DNA of 64,000 bases from Candidatus Fervidifonticultor secundus (GTDB lineage Bacteria; Sysuimicrobiota; Sysuimicrobiia; Sysuimicrobiales; Humicultoraceae): the NCBI GenBank assembly GCA_031459385.1, contig JAVKIP010000016.1, positions 11,286 to 75,285 on the forward strand, in the 5' to 3' direction. The notes under the pieces were generated by a model. It worked only from the letters and a program-made list of their open reading frames with translations, did no database searches and was not told where the DNA came from. Positions 1-10,259 of the stretch are shown one piece after another. A program made the translations under genes and the position numbers. Position 1 is the stretch's first letter; each line of letters opens with the position of its first letter.

Positions 1-240
1 CTGGCCGACAAGGTGATCGCGCTGGTGGCGCCGGTGCTCATCGGGGGTGCGGGCGCGCCGGCGGCAGGGGTGCAGCCGGCCGGTCTGGACGCCGGGCCTC
101 CCGCGGCGCGGCGTCTGCGCGACGTGCGGGTGATCACCGGGCTCGACGGCGACGTGGCGATCGAGGGGTACCTCGGCAGTCTCCCCGGCCCGGACGGCGG
201 CGGCGACGACGGTGACCGTCGGCCCGACGGGGAGGCGTGA
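1..240 (+). CDS. ribD: RibD C-terminal (reductase) end, 5'-truncated by window edge
   Basis: Frame 1 open from base 1 (LADKVIALVAPVLIGG...GDVAIEGY), typical of the RibD C-terminus; directly upstream of ribE. Confidence 0.8.
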   Translation: MADKVIALVAPVLIGGAGAPAAGVQPAGLDAGPPAARRLRDVRVITGLDGDVAIEGYLGSLPGPDGGGDDGDRRPDGEA

Positions 241-848
241 TGTTCACCGGGATCGTGGAAGCGCTGGGCGAGGTGGTAACGGTCGAACCCGCGACGGGCG
301 GTGGCGGTGCCCGCCTGCGCGTGCGCGCCGGCGGGCTGGCGGAGGGCGCACGCGCGGGCGACTCGATCGCGGTCGACGGCGTCTGCCTGACCATCACGGC
401 CCAGGACGGCGGAGTCTTCACCGCCGACCTGGCCGCCGAGACCCTGCGCCGGACCACGCTGGGACGCCTGCGGCCCGGCGACCGCGTGAACCTGGAGCGG
501 CCGCTGCGCGTGGACCAGCGTCTGGGCGGGCACATCGTGCAGGGTCACGTGGACGGCGTCGGGACCGTGGCGGCGGTACGGCCCGAGGGCGACGGTGCCT
601 GGATGGAGATCACGCCGCCGCCAGCGCTGCTGCGCTATCTCGTCGAGAAGGGCTCGGTGGCCGTCGATGGCGTCAGCCTCACGGTGGCGGCGCTGCCCGC
701 GCCCGACCGCTTCGCGGTGGCGCTCGTTCCCCACACGCTGGCGGCCACCACGCTGGGCCGGCGCCGGCCGGGCGATGCGGTGAACCTGGAGGCGGACATC
801 CTGGCCAAATACGTGCAGCGGTTGCTGGAAGGAGCGCGTCAGCCATGA
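240..848 (+). CDS. ribE: Riboflavin synthase alpha chain
   Basis: N-terminal MFTGIVE signature, GDSIAVDGVCLT, VNLER, GGHIVQGHVD; ATG overlaps the ribD stop. Confidence 0.97.
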   Translation: MFTGIVEALGEVVTVEPATGGGGARLRVRAGGLAEGARAGDSIAVDGVCLTITAQDGGVFTADLAAETLRRTTLGRLRPGDRVNLERPLRVDQRLGGHIVQGHVDGVGTVAAVRPEGDGAWMEITPPPALLRYLVEKGSVAVDGVSLTVAALPAPDRFAVALVPHTLAATTLGRRRPGDAVNLEADILAKYVQRLLEGARQP

Positions 849-2071
849 ACGAGACATCGGAGGTCGCCACGCGGCCGTTCGCGACCGTCGAGGAGGCCGT
901 CGAAGAGATCCGCGCGGGGCGGATGCTCATCGTGGTGGACGACGAGGATCGCGAGAATGAGGGCGACGTGGTGATGGCGGCGCAGTTCGCCACGCCCGAG
1001 ACGATCAACTTCATGATCACCCACGCGCGCGGGCTGGTCTTCGTGCCCATGACGGCCGAGCGGTGCGAGCAGCTGAAGCTGCCGCCGATGGTCACCGAGA
1101 ACACGTCGCTGTTCGGCACCGCATTCACGGTCTCGGTGGACGCGCGCAGCGCTACGACCGGCGTCTCGGCCTACGAGCGGGCCGTGACGGTGCGCCTCCT
1201 GGCCGATCCGGCCACGCGGCCCGACGACCTGGTACGGCCCGGGCACGTCTTCCCCACGAGCGCCGCGCCCGGGGGCGTGCTGCGGCGCGCCGGCCACACC
1301 GAGGCGATCGTGGACCTGACGCGCATGGCCGGCCTGCACCCCGTGGGGGTGGCATGCGAGATCGTCCACGACGACGGCACCATGGCCCGCCTGCCCCAGC
1401 TGCAGCAGTTCGCGGCGCGCTGGGGCCTGAAGATCCTCCTGCTGCGGGACCTGATCGCCCACCGTCTGCGCACCGATCGCTTCGTCCAGCGCGAGGGGAC
1501 CACCAGGCTGCCCACGGTCGTCGGCGAGTTCACGGCCGTCGTCTACGACAACCTGCTGGACGGCTCCGAGCACCTGGCGCTGGTCAAGGGGACCGTGGAC
1601 GACGGCGCGCCGGTGCTGGTGCGCATGCACTCCGAGTGCCTCACCGGCGAGGTCTTCGGCTCGTTGCGCTGCGACTGCCGCGAGCAGCTGCAGGCGGCGA
1701 TGCGCGCTGTGGAGCGCGAAGGGCGCGGGGTCATCGTCTACATCCGCCAGGAGGGCCGGGGCATCGGCCTGGGCAACAAGATCCGGGCCTATGCGCTGCA
1801 GGACCAGGGCCGCGACACGGTGGAAGCCAATGAACTGCTGGGCTTCCCTCCCGACCCGCGGGACTACGGGGTGGGCGCGCAGATCCTGGTGGACCTGGGC
1901 GTGCGGCAGATCCGCCTGCTGACCAACAACCCGCAGAAGCGCGCGGGGCTGGAGGGCTACGGGCTGCAGATCGTCGAGCGCGTGCCGCTGGAGATCGCGC
2001 CGAACCCCGAGAACTACGCGTACCTCAAGGCGAAGCGCCACCGGCTGGGCCACCTGCTGACCATCGAGTAG
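845..2071 (+). CDS. ribBA: Bifunctional DHBP synthase / GTP cyclohydrolase II
   Basis: DDEDRENEGD, RAGHTEA, RMHSECLTGE...RCDC, QEGRGIGL, LLTNNP motifs; ATGA overlap with ribE. Confidence 0.97.
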   Translation: MNETSEVATRPFATVEEAVEEIRAGRMLIVVDDEDRENEGDVVMAAQFATPETINFMITHARGLVFVPMTAERCEQLKLPPMVTENTSLFGTAFTVSVDARSATTGVSAYERAVTVRLLADPATRPDDLVRPGHVFPTSAAPGGVLRRAGHTEAIVDLTRMAGLHPVGVACEIVHDDGTMARLPQLQQFAARWGLKILLLRDLIAHRLRTDRFVQREGTTRLPTVVGEFTAVVYDNLLDGSEHLALVKGTVDDGAPVLVRMHSECLTGEVFGSLRCDCREQLQAAMRAVEREGRGVIVYIRQEGRGIGLGNKIRAYALQDQGRDTVEANELLGFPPDPRDYGVGAQILVDLGVRQIRLLTNNPQKRAGLEGYGLQIVERVPLEIAPNPENYAYLKAKRHRLGHLLTIE

Positions 2072-2078
2072 GACGACG

Positions 2079-2576
2079 ATGGGCCAGGTCTACGACGGCA
2101 GCGACGACGCCACCGGCCTGCGCTTTGCGGTCGCTGTCAGCCGCTACAACGAGGCGATCACCGCGCGCCTGCTCGCCTCGTGTCGCCGCGTCCTCGAAGC
2201 GCGCGGGGCGGCTGCGGTGGACGTGGCGTGGGTGCCGGGGGCCCTGGAGCTGCCGCTGGTGGCGCGGCGCCTGGCCGCCACTGGCCGCTACCACGCCGTG
2301 ATCGCGCTGGGCTGCGTCATCAGGGGCGAGACGCTGCACTTCGAGCTGGTGGCCCGCGAGGCAGCGGCGGGGTTGAGCCGGGTGGCGCTGGAGACCGGCG
2401 TGCCGGTCATCAACGAGGTCCTGGCGGTCTACGCGCCGGCGCAGGCCCACGAACGGGCGGGCGGCCGGCTCGACCGCGGCGTGGAAGCCGCACAGGCGGC
2501 CGTCCACATGGCCACGCTGATGCGGCAGCTCGCGGCGGCGAAGCCGGGGCCCGCCGAGCACGGGTGCCAGCCGTGA
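2079..2576 (+). CDS. ribH: 6,7-dimethyl-8-ribityllumazine synthase
   Basis: VPGALELP, ALGCVIRGETLHFE, GVPVIN motifs; rib operon context. Confidence 0.95.
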   Translation: MGQVYDGSDDATGLRFAVAVSRYNEAITARLLASCRRVLEARGAAAVDVAWVPGALELPLVARRLAATGRYHAVIALGCVIRGETLHFELVAREAAAGLSRVALETGVPVINEVLAVYAPAQAHERAGGRLDRGVEAAQAAVHMATLMRQLAAAKPGPAEHGCQP

Positions 2577-4270
2577 GCGAGAGCACCGGCGTCACCCTGT
2601 TCCTGCACGGCCGCGTGCACGCCGACGCCGGATCCGCCCCGGCCGCGGGCGCGCACGGGGCGGACGGCGGGCTCGCCGTGGCGGGCGGGCGGGTACTCGC
2701 CGTCGGGCCGGCAGCCGACCTCCGCGAGGCGTTCCCCCGCGCGCACCGCGTCGACCTGGGCGGCCGGCCGGTCTTCCCCGGCCTCGTCGACGCCCACGTC
2801 CACCTTGTGGCCTGCGGGTTGAGGCTGCTCCACGTCGAGCTGCGCGGCACACGCTCAATCGCCGACGCGGTGCGCCGCCTGGCCGACGCTGCCGCGCGCC
2901 TGCCGCCCGACGCCTGGGTCCTCGGCCGGGGCTGGGACAAGAACATCTGGGTGGAGGATCGCTTCCCCACCCGTGCCGATCTCGACCCGCTGCTCCCTGA
3001 CCGGCCGGTGGCGTGCACGAGCAAGGACGGGCACCTGCTGTGGGTCAATACGGCGGCGCTGCGCCGGGCGGGCATCACGCGCGAGACCCCCGACCCGCCT
3101 GGGGGCGCCATCGGCCGCGGCCCCGACGGCGCGCCCGACGGCCTCCTGAAGGAAGAGGCCGGCAGGTTGGTGCGGCGCGCGATGCCGCCGCCGTCGGCTG
3201 CCATGCGTGAGGCGGCGATCCGGGTGGCCACCGCCGAGTTCCACCGGCTCGGGCTCACGGGTGTGCACGCCTTCACCGGCGGGGGCGACGAGGGCGCCGA
3301 GCAGTTCGCCGCGCTGCAGGTGCTGTGGGCGCGCGGGGACCTCGCGCTGCGCACGGTGGCCACGATCCCCGACCACCTGCTGGACGCGGTGGTGGCGGCC
3401 GGCCTGCGCACGGGCTTCGGTGATCCGTTGCTGCGCCTGGGGCCGGTGAAGATCTTCGCCGACGGCACGCTGGGCTCGCAGACTGCGTGGATGCTCGAGC
3501 CGTTCGAGGGGCAGCCGCAGAACACGGGGATCGTCGTGCGCACCCCCGACGAACTGGACGCGCTGGTGCGGCGCGCGGTGGCCGCGGGCGTGGCCACGGC
3601 CACCCACGCCATCGGCGATGGCGCCATCCGGGCGGTGCTCGACGTCCTCGAGCGGCATGCGGTGGCCTCCGCGCGCGCCGGCGTGCGCCACCGCATCGAG
3701 CACGTGCAGCTGCTCCACCGCGACGACCTGCCACGCCTGGGGCGGCTGGGGGTGGTGGCCTCGATGCAGCCGATCCACGCCACGGCCGACCGCGACGTGG
3801 CCGAGCGCTACTGGGGCAGCCGCGCCCGGTGGGCGTACGCCTGGCAGTCCCTGCTCCAGACCGGGGCGGTGCTGGCCTTCGGGTCGGACGCGCCGGTGGA
3901 AACGCCCGACCCCTGGCGCGGGCTCTTCGCGGCGGTGACGCGCCGGCGCGAGGACGAGCCCGGTGCGTCGCCCTGGGTCCCCGACGAGTGCCTGACCCTC
4001 GAGCAGGCGCTGCGGGCCTACACCCAGGGCGCGGCGTACGCTGCCGGTGCCGAGCGCGACTGGGGGCGGCTGGCGCCGGGCTGCGTTGCCGACTTCATCG
4101 TGCTGGACCGCGATCCGTACGGGAGCGCGCCCGACGACCTCCTGCGGGTGCAAGTGCTGGCCACGGTGGTCGACGGCCGGGTCCGCTACGCCGCCGGGCC
4201 GCTGGCGGGCCTGGAAGGCGCGCCGGGTGCCGGCGCCGGGGCGGCGACCAGAGGAGGAGGCGACCTGTGA
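2573..4270 (+). CDS. Metal-dependent amidohydrolase (Amidohydro_3 / YtcJ-like)
   Basis: PGLVDAHVH, KIFADGTLGS, HAIGD, RHRIEH, FGSDAPV; GTG overlaps the ribH TGA. Confidence 0.9.
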   Translation: MSESTGVTLFLHGRVHADAGSAPAAGAHGADGGLAVAGGRVLAVGPAADLREAFPRAHRVDLGGRPVFPGLVDAHVHLVACGLRLLHVELRGTRSIADAVRRLADAAARLPPDAWVLGRGWDKNIWVEDRFPTRADLDPLLPDRPVACTSKDGHLLWVNTAALRRAGITRETPDPPGGAIGRGPDGAPDGLLKEEAGRLVRRAMPPPSAAMREAAIRVATAEFHRLGLTGVHAFTGGGDEGAEQFAALQVLWARGDLALRTVATIPDHLLDAVVAAGLRTGFGDPLLRLGPVKIFADGTLGSQTAWMLEPFEGQPQNTGIVVRTPDELDALVRRAVAAGVATATHAIGDGAIRAVLDVLERHAVASARAGVRHRIEHVQLLHRDDLPRLGRLGVVASMQPIHATADRDVAERYWGSRARWAYAWQSLLQTGAVLAFGSDAPVETPDPWRGLFAAVTRRREDEPGASPWVPDECLTLEQALRAYTQGAAYAAGAERDWGRLAPGCVADFIVLDRDPYGSAPDDLLRVQVLATVVDGRVRYAAGPLAGLEGAPGAGAGAATRGGGDL

Positions 4271-5031
4271 AGGACTCCGTGCTCCTGGAAGAGCTCTCGT
4301 GGCCCGAGGTGGAGGAGGCGCTGGCGCGCGGCGTGCGCACCGTGGTGATCGTGACGGCGTCGACCGAGCAGCACGGCCCGCACCTGCCCCTGGGGACCGA
4401 CGCGGCCATCGGCCAGGCCGTGGGCGAGCGGCTGGCGCGCCGGCTGGGCGGGCTGCTGGCGCCGGTGATCCGGCCGGCCTGTTCGGATCACCACCTGGCC
4501 TTTCCCGGCAGCCTCTCGCTCCCGCAGGAGGTGTTCATCCAGACAGTGATGGCCTGCGTGCGGTCGCTGGTCCCGCACGGCTTCGAGGTGTTCGTGCTGC
4601 TCTCGTCCCACGGCGGCAACTTCGGGCCGCTCGAGATTGCGGCGCGGCGCCTGCGCGAGGAGTACGCGCAGGCCAACGTCCGCATCGTGGCCGTCGCCGG
4701 CGGGGAGGCGTTGCTGGAGATGGTGCGCGTGATGGTGGACACCGCCGCGGCGCTGGGCGCGCCGCAGGACGTGGACGCGATCCACGCCGACGCCTGCGAG
4801 ACGTCGATCATGATGGCGCTGCACCCCCACCTGGTGGACGCCGCGGGGCGCGCGCGGGGCTACCTGGGCCGGATCGACACCGAGGAACTGTTCCGCCGAG
4901 GGCTGCGGGCGATCACGCCCAACGGCATCCTGGGGGACGCCACCGTCGCCAGTCCCGAGATCGGCCGCGCTGTCCTGGACCGGCTCACAGACCACCTGGC
5001 GGCCGCGGTGGAACGGCAGCTGCAGGCATGA
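4267..5031 (+). CDS. Creatininase-family amidohydrolase (MftE/ArfB-like fold)
   Basis: STEQHGPHLPLGTD, SDHHLAFPGS, SHGGN, HADACETS, NGILGD; GTGA overlap and GGAGG RBS. Confidence 0.9.
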   Translation: MKDSVLLEELSWPEVEEALARGVRTVVIVTASTEQHGPHLPLGTDAAIGQAVGERLARRLGGLLAPVIRPACSDHHLAFPGSLSLPQEVFIQTVMACVRSLVPHGFEVFVLLSSHGGNFGPLEIAARRLREEYAQANVRIVAVAGGEALLEMVRVMVDTAAALGAPQDVDAIHADACETSIMMALHPHLVDAAGRARGYLGRIDTEELFRRGLRAITPNGILGDATVASPEIGRAVLDRLTDHLAAAVERQLQA

Positions 5032-5053
5032 CGGTCGCGCGATGGGCCCGGCG

Positions 5054-5230
5054 CTAGGAACGCAGCGGCTGCTGGACCTCGTCGTCGGGCGTCTCGAAGC
5101 GCGCGCCCCGAGGAATCGCCCGGTGCCCGCAGATCGGACACTCGTACCAGACGTAGTCCGGCATGTGGAGGAAGTAGCGCAGGTCCATCACCGTCTCGCA
5201 GTTGGGGCAGGTCAGTTCCTGCGGAGGCAT
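5054..5230 (-). CDS. Small zinc-ribbon protein, 58 aa (not in ORF track)
   Basis: Manual translation MPPQELTCPNCETVMDLRYFLHMPDYVWYECPICGHRAIPRGARFETPDDEVQQPLRS*; AGGAGG 8 nt upstream of ATG; two CPxC pairs; GC3-rich codons. Confidence 0.8.
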   Translation of the reverse strand: MPPQELTCPNCETVMDLRYFLHMPDYVWYECPICGHRAIPRGARFETPDDEVQQPLRS

Positions 5231-5351
5231 GACCAGCCCTCCTGGGCTCCCCGGCGGGGTCGTTCGTGACCGCCGGGCCGGCCTCCTGCCGGACGTGCTG
5301 CAACCTCGCCCAGGCGGCGTCGCCGCGGGAGGCGGCGACCCCGCACCCTCC

Positions 5352-5981
5352 TCAGCGCTGCTTCATCCCTGCCTGCGCGGCGGCGAAGTAGCGCGCGACC
5401 TCGTCCCAGTTGACGACGTTCCACCAGGCCTGCAGGTAGTCGGCCCGCCGGTTCTGATACTTGAGGTAGTAGGCGTGCTCCCACACGTCTACGCCCAGCA
5501 CCGGCGCCTGCCCGTCCATGATGGGGGTATCCTGGTTCGGCGTGCTCACCACGGCCAGCGTGCCGTCCAGTCCGAGCACGACCCAGGCCCAGCCGCTCCC
5601 GAACCGGGCCAGGCCCGCGGCGTTCACCGCCTCCTTCATCTTGTCCACCGAGCCGAAGGCCGCGCTGATGGCGTCGGCCAGGGCTCCCGAGGGCGCCGCC
5701 GGGCCGCCGGGCTTCATGATCTCCCAGAACATCGTGTGGTTGTAGTGCCCGCCGCCGTTGTTGCGCACGGCGGTCCGGATGCTCTCGGGGACTGCGGTCA
5801 GGTTGGCCAGCAGGTCCTCGATGGACCGGCCGGCGAGTTCGGGCGCGCTCTCCAGCGCCTTGTTGAGGTTGGTGACATAGGTGCCGTGGTGCCGGTCGTG
5901 GTGGATCCGCATCGTCAGCTCGTCGATGTGCGGCTCGAGCGCGTTGTACGCGTACGGCAGCGGGGGCAGTTCGAACGGCAT
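5352..5981 (-). CDS. sodA: Fe/Mn superoxide dismutase, Mn-type residues
   Basis: [33 protein letters not shown]; strong GGAGGAG RBS before ATG at 5981. Confidence 0.97.
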   Translation of the reverse strand: MPFELPPLPYAYNALEPHIDELTMRIHHDRHHGTYVTNLNKALESAPELAGRSIEDLLANLTAVPESIRTAVRNNGGGHYNHTMFWEIMKPGGPAAPSGALADAISAAFGSVDKMKEAVNAAGLARFGSGWAWVVLGLDGTLAVVSTPNQDTPIMDGQAPVLGVDVWEHAYYLKYQNRRADYLQAWWNVVNWDEVARYFAAAQAGMKQR

Positions 5982-6162
5982 GGGCTTCTCCTCCTCCAAA
6001 GCGTCGCGCCCCTGGCGCCGCGCCAGGCCCGGAACTATCCGCGCAGGGGACAGGTGACAGGTTCGCGGCGGGCGGCGGTCCTCCCTGCCTGGGCACGCGG
6101 TGGCCAGGCGGGGACTAAACGCAGGCGCCCCGACGCAGTGTTACAGTAAGTAGGCGAGAGGG

Positions 6163-6720
6163 ATGGGGATGCACGCGGAGGACCAGCGGTTGCTGGAGGC
6201 GTTCCGGCGCGGGGAGGAAAGCGCGTTCTCCGCGCTCGTCATCAAGTACCGCGAGACGGTCTACCGGCTCGCCCGTCGGATGCTGGGGAACCACGAAGAT
6301 GCTGCGGACGCCACGCAGGAGGTGTTCCTCCGCGCCTACCGCGCCCTGGCGCGCTTCGACGGCCGCTCGAAGCTGTCGACCTGGCTGTACCGCGTGACCG
6401 TGAACCTCTGCCTGGACATGCGGGAGCGGGGCGCGCGCCAGCCCGTGGTTGTGGAGGTCGAGACCGCGGCGGAGGCGGCGCTCGGGCCCGGCCTGGCAGA
6501 CGAGGCTGCCGGCCGCGAGACCGGCCGCCTCGTCCGCCGGGCGATCGCGGGGCTCCCGCCGCGGCAGCGGGCCATGGTAGCCCTGCGGCTCTACCACGAC
6601 CTGCCCTACCAGGAGATCGCACGCATCATGAGATGCTCGGAGGGCACGGTGAAGGCCACGATGTTCGCCGCGCTGCGCACGCTGCGTCGTGCGCTGGCGG
6701 CGCAGGGGGTGCGCGGGTGA
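6163..6720 (+). CDS. ECF RNA polymerase sigma factor
   Basis: DAADATQEVFLRAY, STWLYRVTVN, LPPRQR...YQEIARIMRCSEGTVK (regions 2 and 4). Confidence 0.93.
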   Translation: MGMHAEDQRLLEAFRRGEESAFSALVIKYRETVYRLARRMLGNHEDAADATQEVFLRAYRALARFDGRSKLSTWLYRVTVNLCLDMRERGARQPVVVEVETAAEAALGPGLADEAAGRETGRLVRRAIAGLPPRQRAMVALRLYHDLPYQEIARIMRCSEGTVKATMFAALRTLRRALAAQGVRG

Positions 6721-7223
6721 GCCTGCCCTGCCGGGAGGCGCTGGAGCGCGCGGTGGAGATGGTGACGGGATCGGTTCCGCCCGATGCGCGGGCGCCCGTG
6801 CTGGCGCACCTGGCTTCGTGTGCGGCGTGCCGGGACGAGGTGGCGGCGCTGGAGGCGACCGCCGCGTTCCTGCGCCGGCACGCGCCGGACGCGCCGCCGG
6901 GGTTCTGGCCCGGCTTCATGGGGTGCCTGGAGCGCCGCCTGGCCCGCGAGCGCCTGCCGGCCGGCGTTTGCCTGCGGCGCTGGCTCGCCGCCCCGTCGCG
7001 CGCGTGGGCGGTCGCGGCCGCTGCGGTGGCGACCGTTGTCGGGCTCGCGGTCGCCGTCCGCGTGGTCCCGCCGGCGCCAGCGGGCGATCCCGATCTGGCG
7101 CGGGCGCGCGGCCTGGTGACCGAGACGATGACCACCACGCTGCCCGCACTGGACGAGACGCTGGACCTCTGGCGGCTGGGACTCACCGAGCCCACCGCGG
7201 TGTTCGCCCGCGGAGACCGCTAA
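6717..7223 (+). CDS. Zinc-binding membrane anti-sigma factor (zf-HC2)
   Basis: HLASCAAC (HxxxCxxC) motif plus one TM segment; GTGA overlap with the sigma gene. Confidence 0.85.
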   Translation: MSLPCREALERAVEMVTGSVPPDARAPVLAHLASCAACRDEVAALEATAAFLRRHAPDAPPGFWPGFMGCLERRLARERLPAGVCLRRWLAAPSRAWAVAAAAVATVVGLAVAVRVVPPAPAGDPDLARARGLVTETMTTTLPALDETLDLWRLGLTEPTAVFARGDR

Positions 7224-7224
7224 G

Positions 7225-7752
7225 GTGCGCACGGCGCGCCCCGCGCTCCCCGGGACCGGAGGCCAGCCAGCGCGCCTGACGGCCGCGGTGCTGGTCGCGC
7301 TGGTCGCGCTGGCCCTGCCGGCGGTCGGCCAGGAGCCGCGCTCGACGCCACCGCGCCCCGAGCGCATCATCGAGGCGCTGCTGATCTGGCGCCTGGTGGA
7401 TGAGCTCGACCTCACCGAGGGGCAGATCGCCCGCATCTTCCCGCGCCTGCGGGCGCTGAAGGAGATCCGGCTGGAGATGGGCCGGCGCATCCGGCCCCTC
7501 GTGAAGGACCTGCGCCAGCTGCTGGCCGCGCAACCGCGTGACGAGGAGCTGATCCGGGCCCGCATGGCCGAACTGAACCAGCTGCGCGCCGAGATGGAGC
7601 GGCGCCGGCGGGAGCAGCTCCAGGGCATCGCCGAGGCGCTGTCGCCGCACCAGCAGGTCCGCTTCATCCTGATCCAGGACACCTTCGAGGTCGAAACCCT
7701 GCGCCTGCTGGACGCGGCGCGGCGGCTGGCGGAAGAGCAGAGCCGCCGCTAG
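7225..7752 (+). CDS. Exported Spy/CpxP-like helical protein
   Basis: Signal-like hydrophobic N-terminus, LDLTEGQ and LSPHQQ LTxxQ-like motifs; third gene of the ECF triad. Confidence 0.7.
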   Translation: MRTARPALPGTGGQPARLTAAVLVALVALALPAVGQEPRSTPPRPERIIEALLIWRLVDELDLTEGQIARIFPRLRALKEIRLEMGRRIRPLVKDLRQLLAAQPRDEELIRARMAELNQLRAEMERRRREQLQGIAEALSPHQQVRFILIQDTFEVETLRLLDAARRLAEEQSRR

Positions 7753-7840
7753 GCCCCGCCGCCGGTGCCGGCGCGCCGCACCGCCCACCCGCCCCGGTCC
7801 CACAGGAGACGCCCCCCGCCGCGGTGTAGACACCCTGCGC

Positions 7841-9448
7841 ATGGAACGCATCGCCTCGCGCGTCGATCTACGCAGCCCGGAGTTCGAGGCCAACCGCCGC
7901 CACCACGAGGCCCTGGTCGCGCAGCTGCGCGCGCGTCTGGACCTGGTGCGCCAGGGCGGCGGCGAGCGGGCCCGGCGCCGGCAGCGCGAGCTGGGCAAGC
8001 TGCCCGTGCGCGAGCGCGTCGACTTGTTGCTGGATCCCGGCTCGCCGTTCCTGGAGCTGTCGCCGCTGGCGGCGTGGGAGATGTACGGCAACGAGGCGCC
8101 GGCGGCCGGGATCGTCACCGGCATCGGCCGCGTCGCGGGCCAGGAGATCATGATCGTGGCCAACGACGCGACGGTGAAGGGCGGCACCTACTACCCCATG
8201 ACGGTGAAGAAGCACGTCCGGGCCCAGGAGATCGCCCTGGCCAACCGCCTGCCCTGCGTCTACCTGGTGGACTCCGGCGGCGCGTTCCTCCCGCTGCAGG
8301 CCGAGGTCTTCCCCGACCGCGACCACTTCGGCCGCATCTTCTACAACCAGGCGCGGCTGTCGGCTGCGGGCCTCGCGCAGATCGCGGCCGTGATGGGCTC
8401 GTGCACCGCGGGCGGGGCCTACGTGCCCGCCATGAGCGACGAGGCCGTGATCGTCAAGGGGACCGGCACGATCTTCCTGGGCGGCCCGCCGCTGGTGCGG
8501 GCCGCGACCGGCGAGGACGTCACGGCGGAGGACCTGGGCGGCGCCGACGTGCACGCCCGGCGCTCGGGCGTGGTGGACCACTACGCCGTCGACGACCGCG
8601 ACGCGCTGCGCATCGTGCGTCACATTGTGAGCACGTTGAACCGGCGGAAGGCGCCGGAGGCGGACATCGTCCCGCCGGAGCCTCCTGCCTACGATCCGCG
8701 GGAGCTCTACGGGATCGTTCCCGCCGACCTGCGCCGGCCCTACGACGTGCGCGAGGTGATCGCCCGCATCGTGGACGGCAGCCGCTTCCACGAGTTCAAG
8801 GCGCTGTACGGGACGACGCTGGTCTGCGGCTTCGCCCGCATCCATGGCGTGCTGGTCGGGGTCGTCGCCAACAACGGCGTGCTCTTCGTCGACAGCGCCG
8901 AGAAGGGGGCGCACTTCATCGAGCTGTGCGGTCAGCGCCGCATCCCGCTGGTCTTCCTGCAGCACATCACCGGGTTCATCGTGGGCCGGCAGGCCGAGGC
9001 GGCGGGGATCGCGCGGGCCGGGGCCAAGATGGTGCACGCCGTGGCGACCTGCGGGGTGCCCCGGTTCACGGTGATCATCGGCGGGTCCTACGGCGCGGGC
9101 AACTACGCCATGTGCGGCCGAGCCTACGAGCCCCGCTTCCTGTTCATGTGGCCCAACGCCCGCATCAACGTCATGGGCCCCGAGCAGGCCGCGGGGGTGC
9201 TCGTCACCGTCAAGCGCGAGCAGCTGGCGCGAGAGGGAAAGACCCTGGCCCCGGAGGACGAGGACGCCATCGTGCGGCCGATCCTCGAGAAGTACGAGCG
9301 CGAGGGCAGCCCGTACTACAGCACCGCGCGCCTGTGGGACGACGGCGTCATCGATCCCGCCCAGACCCGCGACGTGCTGGGACTGGCCATCTCGGCGGCG
9401 CTGAACGCCCCGGTCGAGGCCGCCCGGCCCGGCGTCTTCCGGATGTGA
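7841..9448 (+). CDS. liuB: Methylcrotonyl-CoA carboxylase beta (carboxyltransferase) subunit
   Basis: [60 protein letters not shown]. Confidence 0.93.
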   Translation: MERIASRVDLRSPEFEANRRHHEALVAQLRARLDLVRQGGGERARRRQRELGKLPVRERVDLLLDPGSPFLELSPLAAWEMYGNEAPAAGIVTGIGRVAGQEIMIVANDATVKGGTYYPMTVKKHVRAQEIALANRLPCVYLVDSGGAFLPLQAEVFPDRDHFGRIFYNQARLSAAGLAQIAAVMGSCTAGGAYVPAMSDEAVIVKGTGTIFLGGPPLVRAATGEDVTAEDLGGADVHARRSGVVDHYAVDDRDALRIVRHIVSTLNRRKAPEADIVPPEPPAYDPRELYGIVPADLRRPYDVREVIARIVDGSRFHEFKALYGTTLVCGFARIHGVLVGVVANNGVLFVDSAEKGAHFIELCGQRRIPLVFLQHITGFIVGRQAEAAGIARAGAKMVHAVATCGVPRFTVIIGGSYGAGNYAMCGRAYEPRFLFMWPNARINVMGPEQAAGVLVTVKREQLAREGKTLAPEDEDAIVRPILEKYEREGSPYYSTARLWDDGVIDPAQTRDVLGLAISAALNAPVEAARPGVFRM

Positions 9449-9452
9449 GCCC

Positions 9453-10259
9453 GTGAGCGACGTGCTCCGCCTCCTGCGCCAGGGCCCCGCTCTGCACGTG
9501 CTGCTGGCGCGGCCGGAGGTCCACAACGCCCTCGACGCCCGGCTGATCGCCGCGCTGACAGAGGCGTTCACGGCGGCCGCGGCGGATCCGGCCGTGCGCT
9601 ACGTGGTGCTGGCGGGCGAGGGTCCGTCGTTCTGCGCGGGCGCCGACCTGGGCTGGATGCGCGCGTCCCTGGACCTCCCCGCTGACGAGAACCGCGCCGA
9701 TGCGGCGCGGCTGGCGGCGATGCTGGACGCGCTCGTAGCCTGCCCGAAGCCGGTGATCGCGTCGGTGCACGGCGCGACGCTCGGCGGCGGCGTGGGTCTG
9801 GTGGCGGCCTGCGACCTCGCCGTGGCGACGCCCGATGCGACGTTCGGCCTCACAGAGGTGCGATTGGGGCTGGTGCCCGCCATGATCTTCCCGTTCCTGC
9901 TGCGCAAGGCCGTCCGGCACCTGGTGCTGCAGGCCGCGTTGACCGGCGAGCGGTTCGGCGTGGCGCAGGCGCAGGCGATGGGGCTGGTCAACGCCGTTGC
10001 GGAGGACCGTGGGGTTGTGATCGCGCGCTGGGCGCAGGCGGTCCTCGCTGCCGGCCCGCAGGCGCTCGGCGGCGTCAAGGCGCTGTTCGCTGCCGTGCCA
10101 CAGCTGTCGTGGGAGGACGCGCGGCGGTACACGGTGGACCTCATCGCCCGCGTGCGCGCCGGGGCGGAGGCGCAGGAGGGGATGCGCGCGTTCCTCGAGC
10201 GGCGTCGGCCGGCGTGGGGCTCCGACGAGACCGGTGCTGCCGGCCCGGGCGGGCGCTGA
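9453..10259 (+). CDS. liuC: Enoyl-CoA hydratase family, likely methylglutaconyl-CoA hydratase
   Basis: RPEVHNA, FCAGADL, GGGVGLVAACD, TEVRLGLVP; operon context. Confidence 0.85.
   Translation: MSDVLRLLRQGPALHVLLARPEVHNALDARLIAALTEAFTAAAADPAVRYVVLAGEGPSFCAGADLGWMRASLDLPADENRADAARLAAMLDALVACPKPVIASVHGATLGGGVGLVAACDLAVATPDATFGLTEVRLGLVPAMIFPFLLRKAVRHLVLQAALTGERFGVAQAQAMGLVNAVAEDRGVVIARWAQAVLAAGPQALGGVKALFAAVPQLSWEDARRYTVDLIARVRAGAEAQEGMRAFLERRRPAWGSDETGAAGPGGR

Noticed and set aside
6110..6150. Possible ECF autoregulatory promoter (TAAAC...GTTA)
   Set aside because: Spacing does not convincingly fit the usual AAC-N16/17-CGT pattern
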